A stretch of DNA of 32,000 nt from Pyrobaculum calidifontis JCM 11548 (GCF_000015805.1 NC_009073.1:1977314-2009313), one strand, 5' to 3'. Positions 1 through 8,904 are shown, counted from the stretch's first letter. Notes: generated by a model from the sequence alone, not told the origin. Made by a program: numbers and translations.

Positions 1-195
1 GGGAGGGGCCATGGAAAGCGCTATCACCTCCCCGCCGTACTTGTCCCTTAGCTTTAGTGCAAACTCTACGGCGTCTCTATCCCAAACATTTGTCGTAAGT
101 GGAACTCCCTCTCTGACCAAGGTGCCGGTTTTTGGGTCTATCCTAATTGCTGAGGAGAGGGGGACGGCCGCCTTTGTGAGTACTACGATCTTCAT
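1..195 (-). CDS. fixA: Electron transfer flavoprotein beta subunit (FixA/EtfB-like), first 65 codons only; gene runs off the left edge
   Basis: Own translation of the minus strand from ATG at 195-193 gives MKIVVLTKAAVPLSSAIRIDPKTGTLVREGVPLTTNVWDRDAVEFALKLRDKYGGEVIALSMAPP, open to base 1. This is the typical ETF-beta N-terminus. It starts 4 nt after the fixX stop. Absent from the ORF track because it is truncated. Confidence 0.75.
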   Translation of the reverse strand, partial: MKIVVLTKAAVPLSSAIRIDPKTGTLVREGVPLTTNVWDRDAVEFALKLRDKYGGEVIALSMAPP

Positions 196-199
196 AGCC

Positions 200-490
200 C
201 TAGGTGAAGCGGTACCAAATTCCCATGCCAGACCTCGGATAGTTCCACTCTATGTTGCCGTGTGGACATACGACCCTGCATGTTCCACATTCTACACACG
301 CCTCGGTACTTAACACGATTATGTCTCCCTGTTGTACATAACACTTAGCTGGGCACATATATGTACATGGCTTTTTTTCACACTTTCTGCACATGTCTGG
401 ATCTTTGATTTTTATATGAGGACGATGTATATCAACGTCCCACGCATTGGCGTTGAGCCTCTCCTCTATTGTAAAATATTTCAAGCTCAT
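200..490 (-). CDS. fixX: Ferredoxin-like protein FixX
   Basis: 96 aa with Cys clusters CRKCEKKPCTYMCP and CVECGTCRVVCP typical of FixX. Overlaps the fixC stop by 4 nt. Confidence 0.85.
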   Translation of the reverse strand: MSLKYFTIEERLNANAWDVDIHRPHIKIKDPDMCRKCEKKPCTYMCPAKCYVQQGDIIVLSTEACVECGTCRVVCPHGNIEWNYPRSGMGIWYRFT

Positions 491-1761
491 AAGTTCCTAA
501 TCATCCTAATCATATTTATCATTAACTTTAACAGACTTACCTTGGTGTGTTTCGACGCCTCGCGGACTGCTTCAAACAAGGTCCTGTGATTCTCGTCTAT
601 TGAGAAGTATCTATACGCCGCCTCTGTTGAAAATAGCGCCAAATCTCTGAATAGGCTCTCATCGCTTAGTAGTCTATCGGCGTGTCTAAACTTTTCAAGT
701 TGCGGTAGTATAAAGCTGGACCTCAACTTCCTCTCATACACGTACAAGTCCTCCGCCGAGGGGCTTCTAGCCTCTTTTACAGCATCCGCGGCTAAAACGC
801 CGGACGCTATTGCGAAGTCGACGCCTCTTATGAGGACTCCAGTGTGTAATAGAAAGCCTGCGGCGTCGCCAACTATTAAGAGCCCGTCGTGGTAAAGCCT
901 TTGAGGAGACATGTTTATTCCAGCGACTGGAGTCATGTGGCCGCCGTACTCTTGCAACGTGGCGCCTTTGACAAGCTGCGCCACGTAGGGGTGTAGCCTG
1001 AATTTTTCCACAAGTTCGTACACAGGCGTTTTCAGCTTTGGCCAATTTCTGAGGTATACGACCACGCCTAGCGCCAGCGCGTCTTTGTAGGTGTATATGA
1101 AGCCACCGCCCGGCAGATACTCAGTTGGGTAGCCGGCAAAAGCCCACGCGAGGCCTTCATCCTCGTCGAGGCCTAGCCTTTCTTCAAGCACTTTCTTGTT
1201 CTCAAATTTTAAGACTTCTTTGACGCCTACTGCAACAGCCTCTGGCTCAAGCTTCTTCGCAAGACCTGCCCGTTCAAGGAGGAGGCGGTTGACCCCTTCG
1301 GCATCTATGACGTATTCCGCGTGTAGCACGTCTGGGCCAGACTGAACGCCGACTATTCTGCCTTTCTCGTCTTTTACAAATTGATCAACGGTTATTTCTG
1401 TGACAATTTTTGCGCCAGCACTCTGCGCCAACTTCGCCATCCAAGACACGAAGGAGACGAGCGGCACCACGAAGCTCTTCTTTTCTTTCTCTACCACGGC
1501 ACTTTCCACAGTCAATGCCTTATCCTCTGTGAGAAAAGTCACTCTCTCCCTCCTCACCCACCTATCCACAGGCGCGTCTTTACGAAACTCCGGTAGATAT
1601 TTATCGAGCCAGTAGGCGTATATCCGCCCGCCGTAGAGCTCCTTGGCGCCCGGTTCTCTGCCTCTTTCTAGCACTACCACTTTAAAACCGGCAGAGGCGA
1701 GTTTATACGCGGCGGCTAAGCCAGCTGGGCCTGCGCCTACAATTGCCACGTCGAATTTCAT
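487..1761 (-). CDS. fixC: FAD-dependent ETF-quinone oxidoreductase-like protein FixC
   Basis: N-terminal Rossmann motif MKFDVAIVGAGPAGLAAAYKLA. 424 aa, in the fixC-fixX-fixA context. Confidence 0.9.
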   Translation of the reverse strand: MKFDVAIVGAGPAGLAAAYKLASAGFKVVVLERGREPGAKELYGGRIYAYWLDKYLPEFRKDAPVDRWVRRERVTFLTEDKALTVESAVVEKEKKSFVVPLVSFVSWMAKLAQSAGAKIVTEITVDQFVKDEKGRIVGVQSGPDVLHAEYVIDAEGVNRLLLERAGLAKKLEPEAVAVGVKEVLKFENKKVLEERLGLDEDEGLAWAFAGYPTEYLPGGGFIYTYKDALALGVVVYLRNWPKLKTPVYELVEKFRLHPYVAQLVKGATLQEYGGHMTPVAGINMSPQRLYHDGLLIVGDAAGFLLHTGVLIRGVDFAIASGVLAADAVKEARSPSAEDLYVYERKLRSSFILPQLEKFRHADRLLSDESLFRDLALFSTEAAYRYFSIDENHRTLFEAVREASKHTKVSLLKLMINMIRMIRNL

Positions 1762-1821
1762 CGGGGAGAGACTGTGCCATCGTTAAAATATGTATTCTCG
1801 ACAAGAGCCAAATATTTCAAG

Positions 1822-1832
1822 TTTAAAAAATA
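1822..1832 (+). promoter_or_regulatory. TATA-like box for the moaD-moaE fusion gene
   Basis: tttaaaaaata ends 18 nt upstream of the ATG at 1850, the spacing expected for a leaderless archaeal mRNA. Confidence 0.5.
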
Positions 1833-1849
1833 CACAACGTAGAAGCCCC

Positions 1850-2536
1850 ATGCGTGTGCTTCTCAAGTATTTCTCAGCGCTACGAGACATAACGGGAAGC
1901 GCCAGGGAAGAAGTGGCCTTTGAAGGCCCTGTCACCGTTTCCGACCTGCTTACGTGGTTTTTCAAGAAGTACCCAAAGGCAGAGGCCTTTAGAGAGGAGC
2001 TAGTGGTGTTAGTAAACGGCAGGGCAGTTGAAGGCTCCTATGTGTTGAAAGATGGAGACGAGGTGGCGCTGATGCCCCCCGTCAGCGGTGGGGGGATAAT
2101 CACAAGCGACATAAGCATTGACAAAGAAGTTAGAGACATCATAGAGAAAAGCGCTACACAGGGAGGCGGGGGGGTGGTAATATTCGTGGGCTTTGTAAAA
2201 GGCGTTGTCGACGACGCCGCGGTAAATGTGCTCGAGTACGAGGCCTACGAGCCTTACGCAGACCAAAAGATTAAAGAGATTGAGGAGTGGGCAAGGTCGC
2301 AGAAGGGCGTCTTAGACGCTAGAGTGTACCACAAGGTTGGTTCCCTAAAGCCTGGAGACACTACCATATACGTCTTTGTCTCAGCCATCAATAGGGATGT
2401 GGCTTTTAGAGTGGCGCGGGACGCCTTAGAGCGCGTAAAACACGAAGTCCCAATTTTTAAGCTTGAGCGTAGAAGCGATGGAGAGTTCTGGGTAGTCGGC
2501 GACGGCAGACGTATTCCTAGAAGTCCTCAACCTTGA
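1850..2536 (+). CDS. Fused molybdopterin synthase: MoaD-like sulfur carrier (ends PPVSGGG) joined to the MoaE catalytic subunit
   Basis: From the ATG at 1850: MRVLLKYFSALRDITG...DGDEVALMPPVSGGG (MoaD/ThiS pattern). This is followed by VVIFVGFVKG...LEYEAYEPYA...HKVGSLKPGD...VPIFKLE (MoaE pattern). The ORF-track start at 1790 lies upstream of the TATA box, so it was moved. Confidence 0.8.
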   Translation: MRVLLKYFSALRDITGSAREEVAFEGPVTVSDLLTWFFKKYPKAEAFREELVVLVNGRAVEGSYVLKDGDEVALMPPVSGGGIITSDISIDKEVRDIIEKSATQGGGGVVIFVGFVKGVVDDAAVNVLEYEAYEPYADQKIKEIEEWARSQKGVLDARVYHKVGSLKPGDTTIYVFVSAINRDVAFRVARDALERVKHEVPIFKLERRSDGEFWVVGDGRRIPRSPQP

Positions 2537-2897
2537 AGGGGGACTCCTCCACTTCTACGATCCCCTCCACCTCGGCTACGTATTGATTATGCCGCATTTT
2601 TACCACTACGCTAATGGCATAGCCGCCCTTTGTGACTATTAGGGTCTTGCCTCTCTCAAATACTACGTCGACTACCGCCTCCCCCATTTCCTCAAGCTGA
2701 GTGGCCACCCTATTTACTAGGCTCCAGAGAAAGGTCAGTGCTATGTTTAAGCCCTCTGACCGTATCTCCAACGGCCTTGACAGCGCCGCGGCGAAAAACT
2801 CGCCTATATCTCTGCTCACCTCCGGATTTGTGGATTCCACCAACATGTATACCCTTAGCCTAGTCAGCGCCTTTACCTTGTCCTCAAGCGTCTGCAC
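2517..2897 (-). CDS. Small alpha/beta protein, tentatively Roadblock/LC7 (MglB-like) domain
   Basis: 126 aa, GTG start, TATA tttaatata about 21 nt upstream. The length and alternating hydrophobic pattern (VVDVVFERGKTLIVTKGGYAISVVV) resemble Roadblock/LC7. Not verified. Confidence 0.35.
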   Translation of the reverse strand: MQTLEDKVKALTRLRVYMLVESTNPEVSRDIGEFFAAALSRPLEIRSEGLNIALTFLWSLVNRVATQLEEMGEAVVDVVFERGKTLIVTKGGYAISVVVKMRHNQYVAEVEGIVEVEESPFKVEDF

Positions 2898-2934
2898 TAA
2901 GTCTTTACACCACAGTGTATATTAAAATCACGCC

Positions 2935-3855
2935 TTACTCCTCCTCTTCCTCCCCCGGCAACTTCAATAGAGAGATCCTCCTCGGCTTCTCCTCTTTTGG
3001 CTGCTCTTGCTGGGCGAGCTTCTCCTTGTACATTTCGGCTAGTTTGTCAACAACGGCGAGTATGGCTCTCGAAGTCTCCGTATCCTTTGCTAAAAACTCG
3101 TGAAGCCGGCCTGAGTCAAGGTAGTGGGAAAGCTCTGGGTCCATGGGTATGCCCCCCAAGAAGGGCACACCCGCGCTTTCGGCAATCCTCTTCCCAGCCT
3201 CTTTCCCAAATATGTAGTACACCTTGCCGTCGCCTGGGCACTTGAAACAACACATGTTCTCCACGACGCCCGCCACCCTTATGTTTAACTTGCGCGAGAA
3301 ATCCACGGCTTTTACCACAATCCTCCTGGAGATCTCCGTCGGAATTGTGACAATGATGCTTCCGTCGAGGCCCCCCTGGAGGCTTTGCGCAATGGTGAGA
3401 GGCGCGTCGCCGGTGCCCGGCGGGAGATCCACCACCAATACGTCTAGCTGGCCCCACTCCACCTGGGCTATGAAGTCTCTCAAAGCCTGGTTCACAAGGG
3501 GGGCCCTCCAAATTACCGCCGTGTCGTCGCTGGGCAGCGCAAACTCTATAGACACAACTTTAACCCCAAGAGGGCCCACCGCGGGGAGTATTCTCCCAGT
3601 TTTCTGATCCACATACAGCGTGCTATCGGAGAGTCCAAGCATCTTGGGGATCGTGGGGCCATATACGTCCCCGTCCAGTATGCCGACGCTGTACCCCCTC
3701 ATGGCAAAGCCCAAGGCCACAGAAGCCGTCACCAACGACTTCCCCACGCCGCCCTTGCCCGACAGTGTCACAAGCTTTAACTTAACGCCCTTGAGCACGT
3801 GGGCAAGCGATCCGGGCGCAGAGGCTTGACCACGGATATTAACCTTGACGCTCAT
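2935..3855 (-). CDS. mrp: Mrp/NBP35/ApbC-family P-loop ATPase (Fe-S cluster carrier)
   Basis: Deviant Walker A SGKGGVGKS, VVDLPPGTGD, and CxxC (CFKCPG). Start moved to the ATG at 3855 (MSVKVNIRG...) behind the TATA-rich atttatatatagatata. This removes the overlap with the MarC gene. Confidence 0.9.
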   Translation of the reverse strand: MSVKVNIRGQASAPGSLAHVLKGVKLKLVTLSGKGGVGKSLVTASVALGFAMRGYSVGILDGDVYGPTIPKMLGLSDSTLYVDQKTGRILPAVGPLGVKVVSIEFALPSDDTAVIWRAPLVNQALRDFIAQVEWGQLDVLVVDLPPGTGDAPLTIAQSLQGGLDGSIIVTIPTEISRRIVVKAVDFSRKLNIRVAGVVENMCCFKCPGDGKVYYIFGKEAGKRIAESAGVPFLGGIPMDPELSHYLDSGRLHEFLAKDTETSRAILAVVDKLAEMYKEKLAQQEQPKEEKPRRISLLKLPGEEEEE

Positions 3856-3889
3856 GATTCTACAACTGTTATATCTATATATAAATTCG

Positions 3890-4483
3890 CTATACGGCGC
3901 CTTCGCTGAGCCACAGCGCCACGCCTTTTCGCACAAGGGAAACCCCTATAGCCACGCTTACTACGAGCATGATCTTTTCAACGACTCTTATCCCAATCAC
4001 GCCCAAGGCCTTCATCACATACCTCGACGCAGACAGCGTCAGGTATGTAAGCGCCGCCACGGCCACTATTACAACTAGAGCGAAGACTTTGCCATACTGA
4101 TTCGACAGCACTAACACGTACGAGATAGAGGCAGGGCCTGATAGATACGGCACGGCTAGAGGCACAACTGCCACCTCAACTCCCTCCGACACTGGGGCCT
4201 CATAAGGCCTCAACAGGTAAAGAAGAGAAAAGGCCGCGAGTACCAGGCCACTCGCCACCATGAAGTCCCCCAGACCCACGCCGAAGTAGGCGAAAAATTC
4301 TACGCCGACTAAGGCGAAGAAGGCCAAAATTAGGGAGGCCACTACCACGGAGAGAGAAAGCACTCTCCTACGCGCCCCCTCCCCGATTCTACTCGTCACA
4401 GCCATGAAAAGTGGAATATTCCCAACTGGGTCAACCACGATATATAACACAAGTATTGAGAGGGCTAAGCTGTGGAGGTCCAT
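3890..4483 (-). CDS. MarC-family (UPF0056) integral membrane protein
   Basis: 197 aa, polytopic. The N-terminal VDPVGNIPLFMAVT motif is typical of the MarC family. Confidence 0.7.
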   Translation of the reverse strand: MDLHSLALSILVLYIVVDPVGNIPLFMAVTSRIGEGARRRVLSLSVVVASLILAFFALVGVEFFAYFGVGLGDFMVASGLVLAAFSLLYLLRPYEAPVSEGVEVAVVPLAVPYLSGPASISYVLVLSNQYGKVFALVVIVAVAALTYLTLSASRYVMKALGVIGIRVVEKIMLVVSVAIGVSLVRKGVALWLSEGAV

Positions 4484-4530
4484 CAGAACCCAGATTTCTC
4501 CACACCTAGTTCAGCGATGACGGGCCTTCC

Positions 4531-4689
4531 TCATTTGGCCCAGTTGTACCTTCTCCAACGCTTACTCCGACCCCAGCCGCAAGAAGCACAGTACTTCTTT
4601 GTCACATTATATGAATGTCTGCCGCATCTCGGGCACCGTATGTGCGTCTTCCCCTTGTTGTGCTTGCCCATCGAAGGTGTGCCCTTCAT
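4531..4689 (-). CDS. rpl37e: 50S ribosomal protein eL37 (L37e)
   Basis: Not in the ORF track (52 aa). Own translation: [52 protein letters not shown], with a C4 zinc ribbon. ATGA overlap with the stop of the Sm gene. Sm-L37e linkage is a conserved archaeal arrangement. Confidence 0.9.
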
Positions 4690-4928
4690 GACACAGGCGA
4701 AATAAACAAGACGTTTTCTCCTCTCACCACTATGGTGCCGCGTTTATACACATTGCCGTCTATGATCTCCTCGGCGTCGTCTAGGAGGAGGTTTACATGT
4801 TGGTCAAAGGCCTTCAGTATGCCCCTGATCTCGTGGCTGTCGCGGAGTTTTACCAACACTTGTTTCCCAATGGAGTCTTGCAGAGTGGCTCCCAGCGTGG
4901 CGAAGCACTTGGATAAATCCGTGGCCAT
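4686..4928 (-). CDS. Sm-like archaeal protein (SmAP/LSm)
   Basis: 80 aa with an Sm1/Sm2 pattern: [31 protein letters not shown]...[14 protein letters not shown]. Confidence 0.9.
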   Translation of the reverse strand: MATDLSKCFATLGATLQDSIGKQVLVKLRDSHEIRGILKAFDQHVNLLLDDAEEIIDGNVYKRGTIVVRGENVLFISPVS

Positions 4929-4947
4929 GGGTCCCCACTTCCGCGCA

Positions 4948-4960
4948 GTATATAAAGTTT
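4948..4960 (-). promoter_or_regulatory. TATA-like box for the Sm-eL37 operon
   Basis: The minus strand reads aactttatatact. It ends about 19 nt upstream of the ATG at 4928. Confidence 0.5.
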
Positions 4961-4974
4961 ATCGACGCCTCCTC

Positions 4975-4984
4975 ATTTATAATA
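4975..4984 (+). promoter_or_regulatory. TATA-like box for the gene starting at 5001
   Basis: atttataata ends 16 nt upstream of the GTG at 5001. It is divergent from the Sm promoter. Confidence 0.45.
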
Positions 4985-5000
4985 TCTGCCATTTTGAGAC

Positions 5001-5300
5001 GTGGCCTCTGACGTACTACTTGAGCAGGTACTTAGAGATCTGCGGCTGCGAGGATTCCGCATAGTAGAACAGCTGGCCGACAACATGTTCATAGGCGAGA
5101 AGAAGGAGAAGTACCTCTTCTACGTGATGGTTGAGGGCGTCGAGGTAAGTATATCAACTATGCTCAAGGTGATAAACATGGGCGAGACCCTCTCCATGCC
5201 CGTGGTGCTGGCCCTTGTGAGCAACGACGGGACAGTGACCTACTACTTTGTGCGAAGGATAAGGCTAACGCGCAATGTGTACTATGCTGAAGCTATTTGA
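5001..5300 (+). CDS. Small protein resembling the C-terminal domain of tRNA-splicing endonuclease (possible structural subunit)
   Basis: 99 aa. The segment PVVLALVSNDGTVTYYFVRRI resembles the conserved strand of the EndA C-terminal domain. Crenarchaeal heterotetrameric EndA has a short structural subunit. Tentative. Confidence 0.35.
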   Translation: MASDVLLEQVLRDLRLRGFRIVEQLADNMFIGEKKEKYLFYVMVEGVEVSISTMLKVINMGETLSMPVVLALVSNDGTVTYYFVRRIRLTRNVYYAEAI

Positions 5301-5559
5301 GAAGCTTGTTGAGGCGTCTAGAAGCAGAGGCGTGCGCTTCGTCATACACTTTGCCAAGTGCCGCGGAAAAGTTGGCGTTGACAGAGAGGTCAAGGCTCTG
5401 GACGAGGAGGGGAGGCCCGCGCCCTGGTCTAGGGTATTCCCCGGGATAACTCCGCAGAACGTGTTGCAACAGTGCGTGGTGAAAAAAGTGGAGGTGTACA
5501 AGGGGGCTGAGCTAGTGGCCGAGTTCAAATCTATTGAAGAGGCTCTTTCAAGCCTTTAG
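5284..5559 (+). CDS. Hypothetical protein (about 91 aa)
   Basis: ORF overlapping the previous gene's end (ATG at 5275 or 5284). No motif recognised. Confidence 0.4.
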   Translation: MLKLFEKLVEASRSRGVRFVIHFAKCRGKVGVDREVKALDEEGRPAPWSRVFPGITPQNVLQQCVVKKVEVYKGAELVAEFKSIEEALSSL

Positions 5560-5992
5560 CGGATTCCCTGACCTTCACCGCGTATCCCCTCCCCAAACTT
5601 ATCTCTCTTACGCTGTAGACCATGCGCCCCACGGCTATAATTCTCCCACTGGAGTCTCTCACGGCAGCCTCGCCGTTTGCCCGCAGATCCTGCGACGTTG
5701 CAGTTATGTACTTGGCGGGGACGTTGCGCCCATCTTGTACATATTGAACAGCCTCATCCCCCACTACTACGTACCTGTCTATAAATGTGGCGCCGTATAA
5801 AGTGGGCAGTAGATAGCCGTCGTTGTTGCGTAACACAAAGGCAAGTCTGCCGTCTACGTACACACGGCGTATTCTGCCGCTTGCGTTATATTCCACCTCG
5901 ATTTTGCGGCCCCTAAGTCTCTCCACGACTCCTCTGCCATATAGGTAGGACAGTTGTACCAAGACGGCGGTGGACACGTAGAGGAGAGACAC
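5531..5992 (-). CDS. Stand-alone pre-PUA/PUA-domain RNA-binding protein
   Basis: 153 aa. The C-terminal GRIIAVGRMVYSVREISLGRGYAVKVRE is a typical PUA-domain ending. Confidence 0.65.
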   Translation of the reverse strand: MSLLYVSTAVLVQLSYLYGRGVVERLRGRKIEVEYNASGRIRRVYVDGRLAFVLRNNDGYLLPTLYGATFIDRYVVVGDEAVQYVQDGRNVPAKYITATSQDLRANGEAAVRDSSGRIIAVGRMVYSVREISLGRGYAVKVRESAKGLKEPLQ

Positions 5993-6001
5993 GTTTTAAA
6001 T

Positions 6002-6505
6002 ATGCAACATGTCCACCTTGTGTACTGCGAAATATGTGGGCGGCCCATAGAGGGGGAGCCTATAGCCATAGAACTAGATGGGGCAGTGTTGTACGTGTGC
6101 CGTAGTTGTGCGGCCAAGTACGGCGGCAAGACTCTGTCCAAGACGCCTCAGCCGCAACAGCAGAAAAAGCCGGCTAAGCCAATTCCACAGCCCCAGCGTA
6201 GCCGCTTGCCGGAGCTGGAACTAGTCGACGACTTCGGCGACGTTATTAGGAGGGCGCGGGAGAACTTGGGTCTCTCAAGAGAGACTTTGGCGGCTATGTT
6301 GGGCATAAAGGAGACGGTGCTGAGGAGAATAGAGGCGGGCCAGCTACAGCCCGACCTAGCTCTTGCTAGAAAAATTGAAAAGGCGCTTGGGATTAGGATT
6401 CTTGTCGAGAGCAGGGAGGAGACCGCGTCGAGCAGTAGCGCCAAGCTTGAAAAGGGGCTCACCTTGGGCGAGGTCGCTGAAATACGAGACGAAGGTGAAG
6501 AGTAG
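6002..6505 (+). CDS. Archaeal multiprotein-bridging-factor 1 homologue (aMBF1): zinc ribbon plus HTH
   Basis: CEICG...CRSC zinc ribbon, a P/Q-rich linker, then a Cro/C1-type HTH (IRRARENLGLSRETLAAMLGIKETVLRRIEAG). The start is uncertain: ATG at 6002 or GTG at 6020, both in frame. Confidence 0.8.
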   Translation: MQHVHLVYCEICGRPIEGEPIAIELDGAVLYVCRSCAAKYGGKTLSKTPQPQQQKKPAKPIPQPQRSRLPELELVDDFGDVIRRARENLGLSRETLAAMLGIKETVLRRIEAGQLQPDLALARKIEKALGIRILVESREETASSSSAKLEKGLTLGEVAEIRDEGEE

Positions 6506-7652
6506 GGCGCTTCTCGCCTACGTCGGCCCCAAGGAGCAGGCCCTGAGCAATAAAATTGAGGAATTCGTCTCGCTGGCGGAGGCCGCGGGCTTTGACGTTG
6601 TCGACGTTGTTACACAGTTTGGCAGACCCGACACCAGGTTTTACCTAGGCACAGGCAAAGCGCGGGAGGTGGCGCTCCGCGACTTTGACATATTTGTCGC
6701 GTACCACACTTTGACTCCCCTACAAGTTTTCAACTTGGAAAAATTGTTTAAAAGGAGGGTCTTGGATAGAGTTTACTTAATACTTACAATTTTTGAAAAG
6801 AGGGCCGGAAGCACAGAGTCTAAGTTGCAGATTGAACTTGCACGGCTTAGGTACGAGCTCCCGAGAGTAAAGGAATATCTGCGGAGAGCAAAGATGGGCG
6901 AGCAGCTGGGGTTTATGGGCGCTGGCGAGTACATAATTGACGCCTATTACCGCCACATGGTCAAACGCATGGCCACGATAAAGAGAAAGCTTGAGGAAGT
7001 TAGGAAAAACAGGGCCATGCACATACAGCGGAGGAAGAGGTCGGGCGTGCCAGAGGTGGTCATAACCGGCTACACAAGTGCGGGGAAGACTACCCTCTTC
7101 AATAGGTTGACCAACGAGGACAAGCTAGTAGACGGCAGGCCCTTCGCGACGCTGGAGACCTACAGCAGGGCCCTAGACTTATGGGGCAAGAGAGTTGTGA
7201 TCACAGACACAATAGGGTTCATAGACGACTTGCCCCCCTTCCTAATAGAGTCGTTTCACTCGACTCTCCAAGAGGTCACAGAGGCAGACGTGGTGCTACT
7301 AGTCGTAGACGGGTCCGATCCGCCTGGCGAGCTTAGCAGAAAGCTTGAGACATCTATGGAGACCCTGGGAGAGGTAGGCGTCTCAAGGGACAGAGTGATC
7401 CCGGTTGTAAATAAAGTGGACAGGATAGGCATAGGGCGTGTCAGAGAGCTGAGGTCTGTGTTAGCGAAGTACTTCACTTGGTTTATCCCCATATCAGCGC
7501 TTACGGGCTTCGGCATTGAGGCGCTAAAGGCCGTCCTATTCTTCAAGGTGCCGGGCTACATTTTGACAAAGACACAGGACAGAGAGGCAAGGGGGCTACG
7601 TGTCGGAGATGTAGTGTTCGTGCCAATCCCCGAAGACGCGGGGAGGTTCTAA
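6495..7652 (+). CDS. hflX: GTPase HflX
   Basis: HflX N-domain (FYLGTGKAREV), G1 GYTSAGKTTLFN, G3 DTIGF, G4 NKVD. Start moved to the in-frame GTG at 6495 (MKSRALLAYVG). The ORF-track start at 6363 lies inside aMBF1. Confidence 0.9.
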   Translation: MKSRALLAYVGPKEQALSNKIEEFVSLAEAAGFDVVDVVTQFGRPDTRFYLGTGKAREVALRDFDIFVAYHTLTPLQVFNLEKLFKRRVLDRVYLILTIFEKRAGSTESKLQIELARLRYELPRVKEYLRRAKMGEQLGFMGAGEYIIDAYYRHMVKRMATIKRKLEEVRKNRAMHIQRRKRSGVPEVVITGYTSAGKTTLFNRLTNEDKLVDGRPFATLETYSRALDLWGKRVVITDTIGFIDDLPPFLIESFHSTLQEVTEADVVLLVVDGSDPPGELSRKLETSMETLGEVGVSRDRVIPVVNKVDRIGIGRVRELRSVLAKYFTWFIPISALTGFGIEALKAVLFFKVPGYILTKTQDREARGLRVGDVVFVPIPEDAGRF

Positions 7653-7654
7653 GC

Positions 7655-7663
7655 TTTTAAAGC
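7655..7663 (+). promoter_or_regulatory. TATA-like box for tfe
   Basis: cttttaaag ends 18 nt upstream of the GTG at 7682. Confidence 0.45.
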
Positions 7664-7681
7664 TGGGCAAACGTCGCACAT

Positions 7682-8194
7682 GTGAAAGACGTGTATCTTT
7701 ACATAGTTGAAAAAAGCGTAGCGCTTGAGTTCGACTCAGCCGAATACGGCAGATTGGCGAGGAAGACCGTGGAGCTCCTCTATGATAGGAAGGAGGAGCT
7801 CACCGACGACCGAATCGCAATCCTCCTCAACATTTCAACAGCCGAGACGAGGAGAATCCTACAGTACTTAATGAAGCAGAACTTAGTCGGCGTGAAGAAG
7901 AGGAGCACAGAGGACTATAGGATCGAGTATACGTGGTATGTAAACGACGAGGTGATATCTCAAGCAGTTAAGTATAGGGCGAAGGTCGTGAGAGAAAAAA
8001 TTTCGCTTATGATAAAGGCTTTGACAGAGGAGGCCTTCTACGTCTGTCCAAACTGCTTCATGCGGTACCCCGTCGAAGAGGTCATGGAACGGGGAGGAGT
8101 GTGCCCAATATGCGGCTCACATCTCGAGTACGTGGAAAACGTAGAGGAGATAAATAAGCTCACCAAAGTCTTTGAAAAACTAGACAAGATATGA
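7682..8194 (+). CDS. tfe: Transcription factor E alpha (TFIIE-alpha homologue)
   Basis: N-terminal winged helix (DDRIAILLNISTAETRRILQYLMKQNLV) and C-terminal zinc ribbon CPNC...CPICG. Confidence 0.85.
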   Translation: MKDVYLYIVEKSVALEFDSAEYGRLARKTVELLYDRKEELTDDRIAILLNISTAETRRILQYLMKQNLVGVKKRSTEDYRIEYTWYVNDEVISQAVKYRAKVVREKISLMIKALTEEAFYVCPNCFMRYPVEEVMERGGVCPICGSHLEYVENVEEINKLTKVFEKLDKI

Positions 8195-8904
8195 GGGTGG
8201 AATTTAGGATCTACAAGCCTGTGGAAGACTACGAGATCTTTGTCACAGGCTTTGCCGGAATCGGCATTGTAGGCCACATAGCCACCAAGTACATATCGAG
8301 GGGCTGCGAAGTCGTCGGCGTGGTAAGATACCGAGGCGAGCCCCCCATTGTGTCAATTGAGGGCGGGAGACTTGTGCTACAAAACGAGATTTTCTCCTGC
8401 GGCAGACTCGTCGGCGTGGTAAACAACTACGGCATACACGAGGCCGCCCTCTACGACTACACAAGGGCACTGGCCAACTGGGTCGCGGCTAACGAGTTCA
8501 AAGTGGCCGTCCTCTTCGGCGGCTTAGACGGGAGGCTGAAGAGGGGGGACGAGCTACTCCGCATTGTCTACACCTCGGCCTATGAGAGGAGGGGACTACC
8601 TACGGGCGGAGCCAAAGTGCTGGAGGCTGGGCTTCAGGTGGTGGGGCCCTTGGCCCTCCTCACCTCGTTCTTCGAAGAGCTAGACTTCCCAGCTCTCGTA
8701 ATATTGCCCTATGCCGACGTAACGAGGCCAGCCGACCCATATGCAGCAAGCGTGGCGCTTGACTTCTTCTCAAAACTGTACGACTACCCAGTAAATACAA
8801 GCGGACTAAGGCAGATGGCCGAAGAGCTTGAGAGAGAGCTAGAGGAGGCGCGTCGTAGGCTAGAAGAGCAGGCAAAGCGCGAAGAATCTAAGCTATATAT
8901 CTAG
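8191..8904 (+). CDS. PAC2-family protein (proteasome assembly chaperone PbaA/PbaB-like)
   Basis: FVTGFAGIGIVGHIATKYI is a typical PAC2 N-terminus. It has a coiled acidic tail and a C-terminal L-Y-I (HbYX-type) motif. ATGA overlap with tfe. Confidence 0.6.
   Translation: MRVEFRIYKPVEDYEIFVTGFAGIGIVGHIATKYISRGCEVVGVVRYRGEPPIVSIEGGRLVLQNEIFSCGRLVGVVNNYGIHEAALYDYTRALANWVAANEFKVAVLFGGLDGRLKRGDELLRIVYTSAYERRGLPTGGAKVLEAGLQVVGPLALLTSFFEELDFPALVILPYADVTRPADPYAASVALDFFSKLYDYPVNTSGLRQMAEELERELEEARRRLEEQAKREESKLYI

Noticed and set aside
11-313. 100-aa plus-strand ORF at the left edge
   Set aside because: It lies antisense to the well-supported fixA and fixX coding sequences and has a low-complexity S/T/A composition. 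It is a shadow ORF.
4012-4018. Perfect minus-strand C box GTGATGA inside the MarC gene, with similar ATGATG hits at 3352 and 14330
   Set aside because: No D or D' CTGA follows at 12-nt spacing. These are isolated hexamer matches expected by chance.
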